In this document: in pieces, positions 52,905 to 62,405 of the stretch
Numbering within the stretch: position 1 is the first letter of the stretch
Layout of the letters: each line of letters begins with the position of its first letter
Virus record (IMG/VR): IMGVR_UViG_3300021387_001666
Location: 44,189 to 108,188 of that record
Length of the DNA stretch: 64,000 bases
Source: a virus
Taxonomy: Duplodnaviria; Caudoviricetes
Direction: 5' to 3' (one strand)
Translations under genes and position numbers: made by a program
Notes under the pieces: model-generated
What the model was told of the DNA's origin: nothing
The model's input: only the letters and a program-made list of their open reading frames with translations
Database searches by the model: none

Positions 52905-53576
52905 TTAATACTCTTGGAACCACTCTATACCTGAACCATTAAGGCCAGTAAGAATGGAATTAATCTCTTTCCACACATCAGAAGGCATTCTCTGCTTCTG
53001 TCTTGCATACCATGAGGGATGTCTTATCCTGATGACATAATTGAACTGCTTATTGATATAAGGCTCAAATGACTGAGCAACAGTTCCCATGAGGACATAG
53101 ACTATACCTGTATGGTACTTTGAAAGATTGGTGAGCAAGGATTTGATGAAAGGTCTCCACATTAAAGTATGGCTTCCTACTCTTCCTACTTCACAGGAAA
53201 GTGCTGAGTTTAACAACAGCACCCCCTGTGCTTCCCACTTCTCCAAACTTGGGTCAAAGTTAATAGTTCTATGTGGGATAGTATAGTTGATTACAGACTC
53301 CTTTAGGATTTCTAAGGAAGGAGAAAGATGACTGTCAGGAGTATCAATGCTGTTGGCAAAGGCAAGACCTGTGGCAACTCCTTTTTGAGGATAAGGTTCC
53401 ATTCCGAGGAGCACAACCTTAAGATTACTGAAAGGGCATAGCCTAAAAGCTCTAAAGATGTCTTTGAGTTGAGGACAAATAATAATCTTAGAGGCTGACA
53501 GTTTCCTAAGGATTCTATCAGCCTCTGTTAAGTCTACCACATTAGACCAGTCACCAAAATATTCCTGTATGGTCAT
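52905..53576 (-). CDS. ung: Family 1 uracil-DNA glycosylase-like protein (atypical motif 1)
   Basis: LKVVLLGMEPYP, ATGLAF, SPSL, QGVLLLN, HPS. Confidence 0.85.
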   Translation of the reverse strand: MTIQEYFGDWSNVVDLTEADRILRKLSASKIIICPQLKDIFRAFRLCPFSNLKVVLLGMEPYPQKGVATGLAFANSIDTPDSHLSPSLEILKESVINYTIPHRTINFDPSLEKWEAQGVLLLNSALSCEVGRVGSHTLMWRPFIKSLLTNLSKYHTGIVYVLMGTVAQSFEPYINKQFNYVIRIRHPSWYARQKQRMPSDVWKEINSILTGLNGSGIEWFQEY

Positions 53577-54295
53577 ATCTCTATTTCATCTATATGCTCT
53601 GCTGCTAATTGAAGCAGGCTTTCATTGGTGACTGATATAGAAGGCACATCTACACCTTTTATATTAAAAGGGCAATCGTCTATTTCTACCTTTATTTTAA
53701 AGAATGACCTATTTGTCCTAAACTGTACTCCATTTGCATAAACCGAATTAGGAGTTGTTATATCCATGTCAAGAGCAGTTGTTAGCATTTTACCGACAAG
53801 AAATCTTTGCACTGGGTCTTCTTTCCTTACAAAAGACATAGGAGTAATATGCAAGATAGGTCTTTTAAAGCTATATGTTACCCTTCCATCATTCTGTCTT
53901 TCCATTTGCCACGACATAACCATCAATGGATTAAGGTCTTTATCAAAGACTGCACCCATGGTAGCATAGTAAATGTTTGAAGTATCATCAATCTGGATTT
54001 TAGACAAATGACAATCAAATGTTACAGATAATACATTTCGCATGATAGCTTCAATAGACTTATAGGAAGACTCTGCACCACATGAATACAAGCTGGCAAC
54101 TATTGTACTGACATTGATACCCTTGTCAAGCATATTGCAGAATTTATGAAAAGCAAACAGAGGAACCTCAAAGACATCAGAATCTACAGGAATCTCCATG
54201 TATTTAATAGATGTAATACGGTTCTCACCAGGATATAAATTAGAACCTCTGTTTAGCTTGAAGATATTGTAGATGATAGAATCTAAGCGCAGCAT
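53573..54295 (-). CDS. Uncharacterised protein translationally coupled to the E1/ThiF gene
   Basis: 240 aa; 1-nt overlap with upstream stop. Confidence 0.75.
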   Translation of the reverse strand: MLRLDSIIYNIFKLNRGSNLYPGENRITSIKYMEIPVDSDVFEVPLFAFHKFCNMLDKGINVSTIVASLYSCGAESSYKSIEAIMRNVLSVTFDCHLSKIQIDDTSNIYYATMGAVFDKDLNPLMVMSWQMERQNDGRVTYSFKRPILHITPMSFVRKEDPVQRFLVGKMLTTALDMDITTPNSVYANGVQFRTNRSFFKIKVEIDDCPFNIKGVDVPSISVTNESLLQLAAEHIDEIEI

Positions 54296-55548
54296 TACTT
54301 AACAGTTTTGAAAATCATATTCTGTGCATCATATTCAGTAAGAAAAGGCAAATCATAGGGAATAACAGGACTAAGGAGATTAGCTACAAAATTAGTAAAG
54401 AGATTCACTATAAAAGAGCCAATCATGCAGGCAAGATAGGTAGTCTGCTTGAGAGAACACTGAGTCTCCTCTGCCTCTGCGTCAGAGAATAGATACTTCT
54501 CCATATACTCACTAATAGCCCAATCATTATCACCTGTAATGCAAAATACCTGAAGAGTATTTATCGAAAGTCTGCCATCCAGATAAAGACATTTCCCTTT
54601 TTCTTCTTCTGACTTATCTCTCAGATGTTTCCTCCAAGCATGAAAGAAAGTCTTTCTTGCAACCATATTATCAAACCCACAAATCATCACATCACCTGCT
54701 TCAGAGGCAGAAGTGAATTTATTCCTGATAGCATAGATGTTACTCATGGTGGTATACCTGGTAATCATATTAGCCATAGCATCGACCTTAGTCTTTCCTA
54801 CATCCTCTTTGCAATAGAGCTGGCCTGACATATTTGCCTGTTCTACCACATCATCATCATACATAAGGAGGGCATCAGGATTCATACGAGCCAACTGATA
54901 TACACAGTTAGAACCAATACCTCCTATACCAGCTACTATAATTCTCTGTTTCTGAATTTCATTATACCATTCAGTACCAGAGAATCTTGATGTAGCAGTA
55001 TTAAGGAGGAGGGTAGGAGAGTTAGGAGGTATTATTGGTGCTCTCTCAGGTAAAGCCTGGGACTCATGCTGCTGAGATTCTTCAGCTACACTGAAGGCCT
55101 CAAGAGCATTATCAGAGACCTGCTCCTCATCAGGATTATGCTCAGGATAGTCATCTTCATTGACACTCTGAACTGCTTCTAAGAAATCATCTTCCGACTC
55201 TTGAATAGCAGAACGGAAGTCACCATTTTCTGTACTTACAGGAATTATGATTCCTGTTTCTTCCATTCTATTCCAATCAGCATCTTCTTCTGCATCAAGG
55301 TCTCTTCCCTCATCAGTATTTACATCCTCTTCTCCACCAATCTCTTCTGCTTCTGCCTCTTCAGTTACTTCTTCCTCAGGCTCAGGCTCAGTAAAACCAT
55401 TGTCTGCAAGGATACTATTAAAGTCCCCTATAGGAATATTTGAAAGAACAGGCTGTACTTCTTGTGGCTGCTCTGGAGTGTCAGGTTGAGCAGCTGCTTC
55501 AGATTCTTCAATTCCTAAAGAATTAAGCCAAACATCTACATCATTCAT
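54295..55548 (-). CDS. E1/ThiF-family adenylating enzyme with acidic N-terminal extension
   Basis: GIGGIGS, D.D.VE..N...Q, G..KV, ICGFDN..AR, DGRL; candidate catalytic Cys364 (TQCSLKQT). Confidence 0.88.
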   Translation of the reverse strand: MNDVDVWLNSLGIEESEAAAQPDTPEQPQEVQPVLSNIPIGDFNSILADNGFTEPEPEEEVTEEAEAEEIGGEEDVNTDEGRDLDAEEDADWNRMEETGIIIPVSTENGDFRSAIQESEDDFLEAVQSVNEDDYPEHNPDEEQVSDNALEAFSVAEESQQHESQALPERAPIIPPNSPTLLLNTATSRFSGTEWYNEIQKQRIIVAGIGGIGSNCVYQLARMNPDALLMYDDDVVEQANMSGQLYCKEDVGKTKVDAMANMITRYTTMSNIYAIRNKFTSASEAGDVMICGFDNMVARKTFFHAWRKHLRDKSEEEKGKCLYLDGRLSINTLQVFCITGDNDWAISEYMEKYLFSDAEAEETQCSLKQTTYLACMIGSFIVNLFTNFVANLLSPVIPYDLPFLTEYDAQNMIFKTVK

Positions 55549-56806
55549 ACATATAACGTGTTAAGACTTCCATATAACTAGTGATGTACTCATTGTCAGA
55601 GTATGGATACAACTCATTGTGCATAGCAGAAGCAATCTTACTATAGTACAAATCCATGTCTTCCAGCACTTCATCAGGTGTTTCCGGATCAACGTACTGG
55701 TTAATCTGGAACTCTACAATGAACTCCCTCCATTCTTCAAATTGTGATGGATTTAAACTAAATAATTCTTCATACTTCTTGTCCATCCATTTGGTAATCC
55801 ACTGCTTTAGGTCTATCTTATTACTGACTATCAAGGAGCAAGTTATCATTTGGCAGACTAATTGATGAATAATCTCAGGGTCTGGTTTCCAGCTTGAAGT
55901 ATCAATCATCTCAGCCATCTCATTCTCAGAGAAGAGGGTCGGTTCTTTGTATTGATTCTGTTTATTCTGCCACTCATGGAATGAATAATCCTCATCAAAG
56001 TCAGAACCAAAGTTTCTTTTGTTTCCAGGAATCCAAGGACTATGATTGCCATCCTCAGATGCTTTGACAACAAGAGGATTGACAGCTGTAGGAGTAGCAG
56101 TTACTCTCTTCTTCTTAGCTTCCTGAATTTCATCAAACCTTGTATCAAGATAGGCAAGAGGATTGTCTACATGTTCTATCTCTACATCAAGCATGAAGTA
56201 CTCAATATAGGTATTTTCTACTACAGTGTCTTCAGAAGGACCTGTCAGAACATTAGCAGTCTTTTCTCCTTCTCCGAAGAACTCATAGGTACTACTGAAA
56301 TCTTTAGTTACTATGGTCTTTTTCTCTTGAACCTTTCGGGTAATAGCAGCAACATAAGTACCTTTGGTATCTACTACAAGTGATACAAAACAGTTAGTGT
56401 CATTTCCTTCAGACCTAATTGTCTGCAAGTCAGTGCCTGAGAGGAAGGCCCCTAGTGCATGATGTGAATGCACCAACCCAGTCTCACATCCGAAGAGGTC
56501 AATGTTTTCAGCTATATATCCTATTACACTTTCATCCATCTTAAAGTCAGTGAAAGTGCCTGTACCTAAATCCATAGGGAATATATCTTCACAATGAATT
56601 TCAAGACTTCCATCATTAAAACTACCCGTATGGCTATAGAATAAGACTCCTGACCATTCTGTAGAAGGGAATTTCCTGATTAGGTACCTGATTTTCTCTT
56701 CTACCTTTCGTGGCACAATGAGCTTATATGTAGTAGACCCTTTGACCAGTGGTGGCAGGGAGGGCTGCTGTACTGATATTGTTGGCTTGATTTCTTCTAT
56801 ATTCAT
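55541..56806 (-). CDS. JAB/MPN+ metallopeptidase
   Basis: TEWSG...GLVHSHH...FLSGTD (E...HxH...SxxD). Confidence 0.85.
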   Translation of the reverse strand: MNIEEIKPTISVQQPSLPPLVKGSTTYKLIVPRKVEEKIRYLIRKFPSTEWSGVLFYSHTGSFNDGSLEIHCEDIFPMDLGTGTFTDFKMDESVIGYIAENIDLFGCETGLVHSHHALGAFLSGTDLQTIRSEGNDTNCFVSLVVDTKGTYVAAITRKVQEKKTIVTKDFSSTYEFFGEGEKTANVLTGPSEDTVVENTYIEYFMLDVEIEHVDNPLAYLDTRFDEIQEAKKKRVTATPTAVNPLVVKASEDGNHSPWIPGNKRNFGSDFDEDYSFHEWQNKQNQYKEPTLFSENEMAEMIDTSSWKPDPEIIHQLVCQMITCSLIVSNKIDLKQWITKWMDKKYEELFSLNPSQFEEWREFIVEFQINQYVDPETPDEVLEDMDLYYSKIASAMHNELYPYSDNEYITSYMEVLTRYMYE

Positions 56807-57950
56807 TTGTATAATGATAATTTATTATTTTAAGAATGTTGTCAAGAATATACATGGCTATACCATGCGAAAGAACGATGGTCTTCTGAGAGGGTGTTGA
56901 TGTATTTTCAAAAATATGAAGAGTGACATCTTGTCCCTTAAAGGTACATACTTTTCTACCTTCATACCTATCATAGTCATTTTCCAAGGGAGAAGAGCCA
57001 TCACGATAGAATTTACCATCTGATACTATTACAGACTTAAGAATACCATAAGAGAAGCACTTTTTAGCAATAACATCGTCTGGATAGTTATTGTTATAAT
57101 ACTCAATGAAAGTGTTGCTGATGTCTATAATAAAGTCAAAATAAGACATTCCTACTTTAAACTCTTCTCCTTGATAATTAAAGGAGAGATGGCCATGCTG
57201 AAGATAATATGAAATAAAATCCTTTATGCATGATGTAAGCCTATGAGAACCAGCATACTCTGCTGTATAAGAAGAATTAAATCCCCCATAACTAGAATAA
57301 ACAATAGAATCGTTTATATTCTCCAGATATTTATATGGGACTCCTCGAAGAGACTCCACTGTGACATAAAGGGATAGCTCATGACAGAACAGCATCCATC
57401 TTGTTTCGTCAAATCCTTCACAGATATTCTTCTTTAAGTTGGTAATAGTGTTAATAATTGGACCAGAACCAAGACAGGGCCTTTGGAAAGCCTGTAAATC
57501 TCCTTTAGGGATTCCGCTTACATGAGAATGGAGGTAGCCACATTTCCATTGGTCAATAGGATAGGTAGCCCTATTCAATAGGAATCCAGTATTTTCTGTA
57601 GGAATATAACCTTCAGAAGTCAATTCAATCTTAGCATACAAATCTTGAATATCTACAAACCTATCATTCTCATTGGTTACTCTGACCTGAGGCCAATATA
57701 TAAGTATAAAAGGAAGTACAGTATTAAAATCGCGTGCCACAGCCTTGAATCTCCTACTATCTGCCTCATAACAGCTGCCATCTTCCCTCATAGGAATATG
57801 CTTAGCTTCAAAGTCTTCTGCTATCTCATCATCATTGGGAAGACCCTGAAGGTCTACCCTTGCTTCACCGAAGAAATTTTGAAATACCTCATAGACCTGA
57901 TATACTTGTTTAAAGCAGTCCCTACGAAAGCTATTGATTGTGTGTTGCAT
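56724..57950 (-). CDS. Putative E2-like (UBC-fold) conjugating enzyme
   Basis: YLHSHV...PCLGSG resembles the E2 HPN/HPH...CL signature (Cys159); lies between Ubl and JAB genes. Confidence 0.6.
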   Translation of the reverse strand: MQHTINSFRRDCFKQVYQVYEVFQNFFGEARVDLQGLPNDDEIAEDFEAKHIPMREDGSCYEADSRRFKAVARDFNTVLPFILIYWPQVRVTNENDRFVDIQDLYAKIELTSEGYIPTENTGFLLNRATYPIDQWKCGYLHSHVSGIPKGDLQAFQRPCLGSGPIINTITNLKKNICEGFDETRWMLFCHELSLYVTVESLRGVPYKYLENINDSIVYSSYGGFNSSYTAEYAGSHRLTSCIKDFISYYLQHGHLSFNYQGEEFKVGMSYFDFIIDISNTFIEYYNNNYPDDVIAKKCFSYGILKSVIVSDGKFYRDGSSPLENDYDRYEGRKVCTFKGQDVTLHIFENTSTPSQKTIVLSHGIAMYILDNILKIINYHYTNEYRRNQANNISTAALPATTGQRVYYI

Positions 57951-57979
57951 ATTATAGGATTAAAAAGAAAGAAATAAAT

Positions 57980-58008
57980 AGGGCAGGATAACTTAATACC
58001 CTGCCCCT
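57980..58008 (-). terminator. Terminator hairpin between Ubl and E2 genes
   Basis: gggcagg...cctgccc stem followed on the minus strand by a T-rich tract. Confidence 0.7.
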
Positions 58009-58039
58009 TGACACAACCAAAATTAAGACAGATATGAGC

Positions 58040-58810
58040 TTAATGGCGAATGCTTTTCATCATGTCATCCATATCAGAAGTAGTAATCTTTGGTTTTTCC
58101 TCTTCCAAGCGGAGGGCCAATTCTGTAAGCAGGTCAGCCAAGATAATGATGTCCTTATTAGCCAGGGTATTATCCTTAACCATAGCCTTGATGCCACAAT
58201 AAAACCACTCTACCGTAGAAGCATGTGGGGCCTTCTTGACATCGGGGAGTTTCTTTTCAGAGGCAGGAGTATTCACAACCTCCTCCACCTTCTTCTGGTC
58301 TTTCAATTCCTTACGAGCCTCTTCAATAGCAGTCTTGCTGGAAGCAGTATTCTTCTCAGCAGTATTGGCAAAGAAGTTAATCAGCTTATCAGTGGAAACT
58401 CTTGTCCAGTTGTCACCAAACTCCTGTTTGATAGCCTCTCCAAGATTGTTCTTCTTGATATAGTCACCAAACTCCTTACGATTAGTTGGATAAGCACCTG
58501 AGCGAATCTGCTTGTTGGTATTAGTGAGCAGCATGACAAGGTTGTTGGTGTACTGGCCCTTGAACTGCACATTAGTAGGCAGTGCTGAGTCTCTTGAAAT
58601 CAGCTGAGTCTTGGTGATGCCTTCAGTGAAGGTAAGACCAGAGATGTCAATAGGAGTGGGATTGCTTACCCAAGCATTACCCACCATCTTGGATACACCT
58701 TCATTACGTGCAATAGCATCCTGGAGTTCACCAAGGGTCTCTGCACCTGTTACAATACGATACTTACTCTGGTCACGGTTGTTAGCAATGAGAATCTCAC
58801 GTTCGATCAT
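58040..58810 (-). CDS. Putative ubiquitin-like (beta-grasp) precursor with C-terminal extension
   Basis: Strand-strand-helix (TLGELQDAI) pattern, final strand LVMLLT then KQIRSG105; first gene of the E2-JAB-E1 block. Confidence 0.6.
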   Translation of the reverse strand: MIEREILIANNRDQSKYRIVTGAETLGELQDAIARNEGVSKMVGNAWVSNPTPIDISGLTFTEGITKTQLISRDSALPTNVQFKGQYTNNLVMLLTNTNKQIRSGAYPTNRKEFGDYIKKNNLGEAIKQEFGDNWTRVSTDKLINFFANTAEKNTASSKTAIEEARKELKDQKKVEEVVNTPASEKKLPDVKKAPHASTVEWFYCGIKAMVKDNTLANKDIIILADLLTELALRLEEEKPKITTSDMDDMMKSIRH

Positions 58811-58828
58811 AATATAAAAGCTTTTAAA

Positions 58829-59842
58829 TTAATGAAATAATGTTTCTAATGATTTGAAATCTTCTTTGTTTGTAAGGGACTTATAATAGTCTGAGTAGTC
58901 TTTCTGTCCCTTTAAATCAGGCACAATAAAAGGAAAGCCTGTTTGTTTTGAGAGTTTCTTAGCATCTTCAATGCCGGGCTTGTCAACATCATAACTGATG
59001 AACACTTTTTTATATCTTCTTTTGAGTTCATTGACAGTTGTTTCTGAAATACCATATCCTTCGCCTTGAGGAGCAATAGCTGGTATATGAAGTTGACAGC
59101 TAAGCACCAGTGCATCTTTCACTGAGGATGCAATAATAATCCTATCTCCATATTCAGGTACTTTAGTCCATAAAGAGATGACACTTGCATCCATGCGAGA
59201 GCACCATTTAAACCCTTTAGTATTTTCGGGTTGGTAGACCTTTAAACTTAAGTTACCCTCTTTTCTCTCCACATATACATAGGCAAGACGGTCTGCTGGA
59301 AAGATGTATTTAGAAGTTTTACCTGTTTCCTTATCCCTTTTAGTAACAATCTTATGGCTAATAGGATATATCTCCGCGTACTTTAGCCAAGGCTTTGTAA
59401 TGCCATAGGACTGCCAATAGTCCAAGTCATACTGTCTCCAAGGTCTCACAGCTACCTGTATTTTGGTCAGTTCTGAGGATTCCTTACGGGTCATCAGCTT
59501 AACCTGTTTAGGCTTAATATTGACCTCAGTATCCTCCTCCTGCTTCTGCATGGTCTCTAAAATCTTATCAAAGACCTGATAGAAGCTACAATTCCACTTC
59601 TTACACAAGAGGTCTAACAGGCTACCTTTGGTTTCACTCTCTCCAAAGTCCTTATATCGGATGTGCCCATCATCATCAAGGAAGATGCTGAAAGAAGGAT
59701 TATTGTCGGTTCTGAAAGGAGAACTGATTATGCATGGAATACTGGTTATCTCAGGGAAAACTGTCGTGAGAATACTTACTTCTGAATATTTCTCGAACAG
59801 TTCTGGAATTGAGATGCTAGATGATGTCTTGCCTACTATCAT
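58829..59842 (-). CDS. DnaG-like primase
   Basis: SPFR.D.NPSF, YKDFG, Toprim SSVKDA...YDVD..G, KDYSDY. Confidence 0.85.
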   Translation of the reverse strand: MIVGKTSSSISIPELFEKYSEVSILTTVFPEITSIPCIISSPFRTDNNPSFSIFLDDDGHIRYKDFGESETKGSLLDLLCKKWNCSFYQVFDKILETMQKQEEDTEVNIKPKQVKLMTRKESSELTKIQVAVRPWRQYDLDYWQSYGITKPWLKYAEIYPISHKIVTKRDKETGKTSKYIFPADRLAYVYVERKEGNLSLKVYQPENTKGFKWCSRMDASVISLWTKVPEYGDRIIIASSVKDALVLSCQLHIPAIAPQGEGYGISETTVNELKRRYKKVFISYDVDKPGIEDAKKLSKQTGFPFIVPDLKGQKDYSDYYKSLTNKEDFKSLETLFH

Positions 59843-59939
59843 AAGAAAAGTCACTAAAAGGGTTTAAGGGAAAATGGGATTAGGAGAGGAAGGCATTAAT
59901 ACCCGATTATTCCTTCCCCTCCATAGTAGTGGCAGCTAC

Positions 59940-60878
59940 TTAATCCCAAGGCATACCACCATTATCTGCTGAAGGAGCATCAAACGGCATATCACCTGTA
60001 GTGTCAGCAGGCTTTTCAAGGTTAGTGGGCTCCACTGTCCACTCTTTGAGTTCACAGACTCTGTAATCAGTGTTCTGATAGGCACCATTCTGCTTGGCAT
60101 TTACCAAATCCTTCTCCAACTTTGTCAGTGCATTGGCACTTGCAGCATTGGGAAGAATAAGCTCTCCACGGGTACATACAGCCTGATACTGCTTACCTTC
60201 ATCATTAGTGCGGACACCATAGAGCAACTTAACCTTATTGTTAGGCTGAAGCTTCAAAGCCTCCTTCAACTCCTTGAAGTCACCTTTGAAATAATCCTTG
60301 ATGTTCTCCAGGGCAAACTTATAGTCATCAGCATCTTCCTTTTTCATCCATGTGCCATTGACATAGTTAAAAGCATCAGGCACACAGAGATACTTCTTAA
60401 GGAAAGCCACAAGATCACACTCACCTACACAGGCCATGCGATATTTTGTGTCAATCTTAGCAGGATTGCCATTATGGGTAATTGCCTTGCCAGCCTTTGC
60501 ATCCTCAGTATCTACCCATGTATAGTTACCATACTGGTCAATAACCTGTACCTTGGTCTGGTCTCTGTTATATGCTGGAGTAGCACGCAAGGTAAACATA
60601 GCCCTTGACTTCAGCTCAATGCCATTGCAGGTCTCTGGGTCAGTCTGTAAGAGGAAAGTAATATGAGCTTCTTTACCATTCTCACCATCTTTTACATACT
60701 CAGGTTCTGCCTGAGACTCAAAGCCAAAGAACTCATCAATCTCCTTCTTAGTAGGCTGCACACCTTTGACAAAAGTGCTTCCTACACCTACATAACGCTT
60801 GAAACCTTCACTTGCTTCCTTACTCTCCTGTGTCTTACCAATAGCAAGGAAACTCTTGCTAAAATTAATTGTTTTCAT
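59940..60878 (-). CDS. crAss-type single-stranded DNA-binding protein
   Basis: FKRYVGV start, acidic tail DMPF...MPWD; adjacent to primase. Confidence 0.7.
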   Translation of the reverse strand: MKTINFSKSFLAIGKTQESKEASEGFKRYVGVGSTFVKGVQPTKKEIDEFFGFESQAEPEYVKDGENGKEAHITFLLQTDPETCNGIELKSRAMFTLRATPAYNRDQTKVQVIDQYGNYTWVDTEDAKAGKAITHNGNPAKIDTKYRMACVGECDLVAFLKKYLCVPDAFNYVNGTWMKKEDADDYKFALENIKDYFKGDFKELKEALKLQPNNKVKLLYGVRTNDEGKQYQAVCTRGELILPNAASANALTKLEKDLVNAKQNGAYQNTDYRVCELKEWTVEPTNLEKPADTTGDMPFDAPSADNGGMPWD

Positions 60879-60918
60879 AACTGTCTATTTGTTGCTTTTT
60901 AATTGTGATAAAATTCCA

Positions 60919-61395
60919 TTAGTTGTTGTCCCAAGGCATTTCAGCATTCTCTGCCTTCTGCTCATTGGCAGGCTCATTATCCACTTCAGATACCTCTGGC
61001 TCGGTCCCTTCAGAATGAAAGTCAACAGCTTCTTCCGGTGTGGCAGAAGCCTCTGATGCAGGAGCATCTGGAACTTCAATAACATAGACCTTGTGCTGCT
61101 CATCATAGGATACAATGTCAGTGGGCAGATACTTGGTAACCTTGATAGGCTTACCAAACTTATCAGTAGCACCTGTAGGCTCAATGACCTTCTTGACAAG
61201 GTCTGTTACATGGAAGCCAATGACCTTAACAATACCTTCCTCCAGAGAATCATTGAGAGCTTGGTACTGTCTCATCTCCTCAACAAGAGGCATAATCTTC
61301 TTCTTGAGTGCTTCAATCTTACGCATGTTAGGGTCAATCATCTTGGCTGCACTCTTTACCTGCTGAAACTGTGAATAAGAAATTTCTTTTTTCAT
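60919..61395 (-). CDS. Hypothetical protein with acidic tail
   Basis: Coiled N-terminus; tail ends EMPWDNN. Confidence 0.75.
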   Translation of the reverse strand: MKKEISYSQFQQVKSAAKMIDPNMRKIEALKKKIMPLVEEMRQYQALNDSLEEGIVKVIGFHVTDLVKKVIEPTGATDKFGKPIKVTKYLPTDIVSYDEQHKVYVIEVPDAPASEASATPEEAVDFHSEGTEPEVSEVDNEPANEQKAENAEMPWDNN

Positions 61396-61443
61396 AATGT
61401 TACTTTTTGAATTTTGAATTAATTAATAATGTTGTTTGTATCT

Positions 61444-62145
61444 TTAGTCCATTTTATAGTAGTTACGGACTGTTTGGTCTACTAATTTAAGAGAATTGGG
61501 AATCTCAAAGTCTGCAAACATTCCTAGAGGAGTTTTTGCTGAACTATGGTTAGCTTTAGTCTGGAAGAAATATTTATTATCTCCATCATCACCATAGTCC
61601 ACACGGGTCATCAGAACAATTGGATAGAACCCCTCGGGCTGAGTCTTAGTAAGCTTCTTACCAATGACTGAGAATACCATCTTCTCTGTACCATCCTGCT
61701 GAGTCTGAAGCATGGTATGACCAAATATATAAACTATTTGATCATTGCGAAGTGTTGAGTTACACAACATATTTAATTCAATAATATCGTTGCTAACTTC
61801 GCGCCACTGGTCAAAAGACATCTTCTTTCTGTCATTAAATTCCTTCATAGCCAGATAGATATTCACTGTATCAATAGCTACAGACTTAATCTCTGGTTTC
61901 TTCGCACAATACTCCAGTGCCTTACGGATACCATCAAAATTAACAGGTTCCATGTAATTCTTTTGTTCTGTTCCCCACATACCTCCAGGAAAAGGAAGGG
62001 TCTTTCTATCAAGATTGATGATGAAATGACTCTTAGGATTCATACCTTGATAGTTTTCAAGGTCAAACTTACCATCAGGATTGATGATTGTTGAGGTGGT
62101 CTTTCCATCTCCAGACGCACCTAAGATAGCAATTGTTACTGCCAT
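61444..62145 (-). CDS. AAA_24/Sak4-like ATPase
   Basis: GASGDGKTT Walker A, AIDT Walker B, GH, SAKTP.GMF. Confidence 0.85.
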   Translation of the reverse strand: MAVTIAILGASGDGKTTSTIINPDGKFDLENYQGMNPKSHFIINLDRKTLPFPGGMWGTEQKNYMEPVNFDGIRKALEYCAKKPEIKSVAIDTVNIYLAMKEFNDRKKMSFDQWREVSNDIIELNMLCNSTLRNDQIVYIFGHTMLQTQQDGTEKMVFSVIGKKLTKTQPEGFYPIVLMTRVDYGDDGDNKYFFQTKANHSSAKTPLGMFADFEIPNSLKLVDQTVRNYYKMD

Positions 62146-62181
62146 ACTTTTTTCTTCTACTCTTTTAAAATTGTTTGTAAC

Positions 62182-62191
62182 TGCAAAGATA
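62182..62191 (-). promoter_or_regulatory. -7 promoter element TATCTTTGCA
   Basis: Exact motif upstream of the ATPase gene. Confidence 0.7.
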
Positions 62192-62257
62192 CCTGTCTGA
62201 AATGAGACAAGCTACTTGCTTAAAATTCTGATATAAAAATTGAAGGGAGTTACTAAG

Positions 62258-62405
62258 TTACATGCCACTGTTTCTTTGAACTAATTGATATACTTTACTT
62301 AGCTCAGAGATACAGTCAGCCTTGGGGAGAGGGGTGAAGTAATTAGTTGCACCATCAAAATAAAGTGGTAATACAGAATTACTCTCTCCTTCACGATTAA
62401 GTACC
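62258..62405 (-). CDS. DnaB-like helicase, 3' exon
   Basis: Reads (V)VLNREGESNSVLPLYFDGATNYFTPLP...SGM*, the C-terminus missing from the helicase ORF. Confidence 0.8.

Noticed and set aside
54295-55548. ThiF as part of thiamine/molybdopterin or microcin synthesis
   Set aside because: No ThiS/MoaD pathway, sulfurtransferase or exporter genes nearby; neighbours are JAB, E2-like and Ubl-like
60885-61199. 104-aa alternative-frame ORF
   Set aside because: Nested in 60919-61395 with atypical composition
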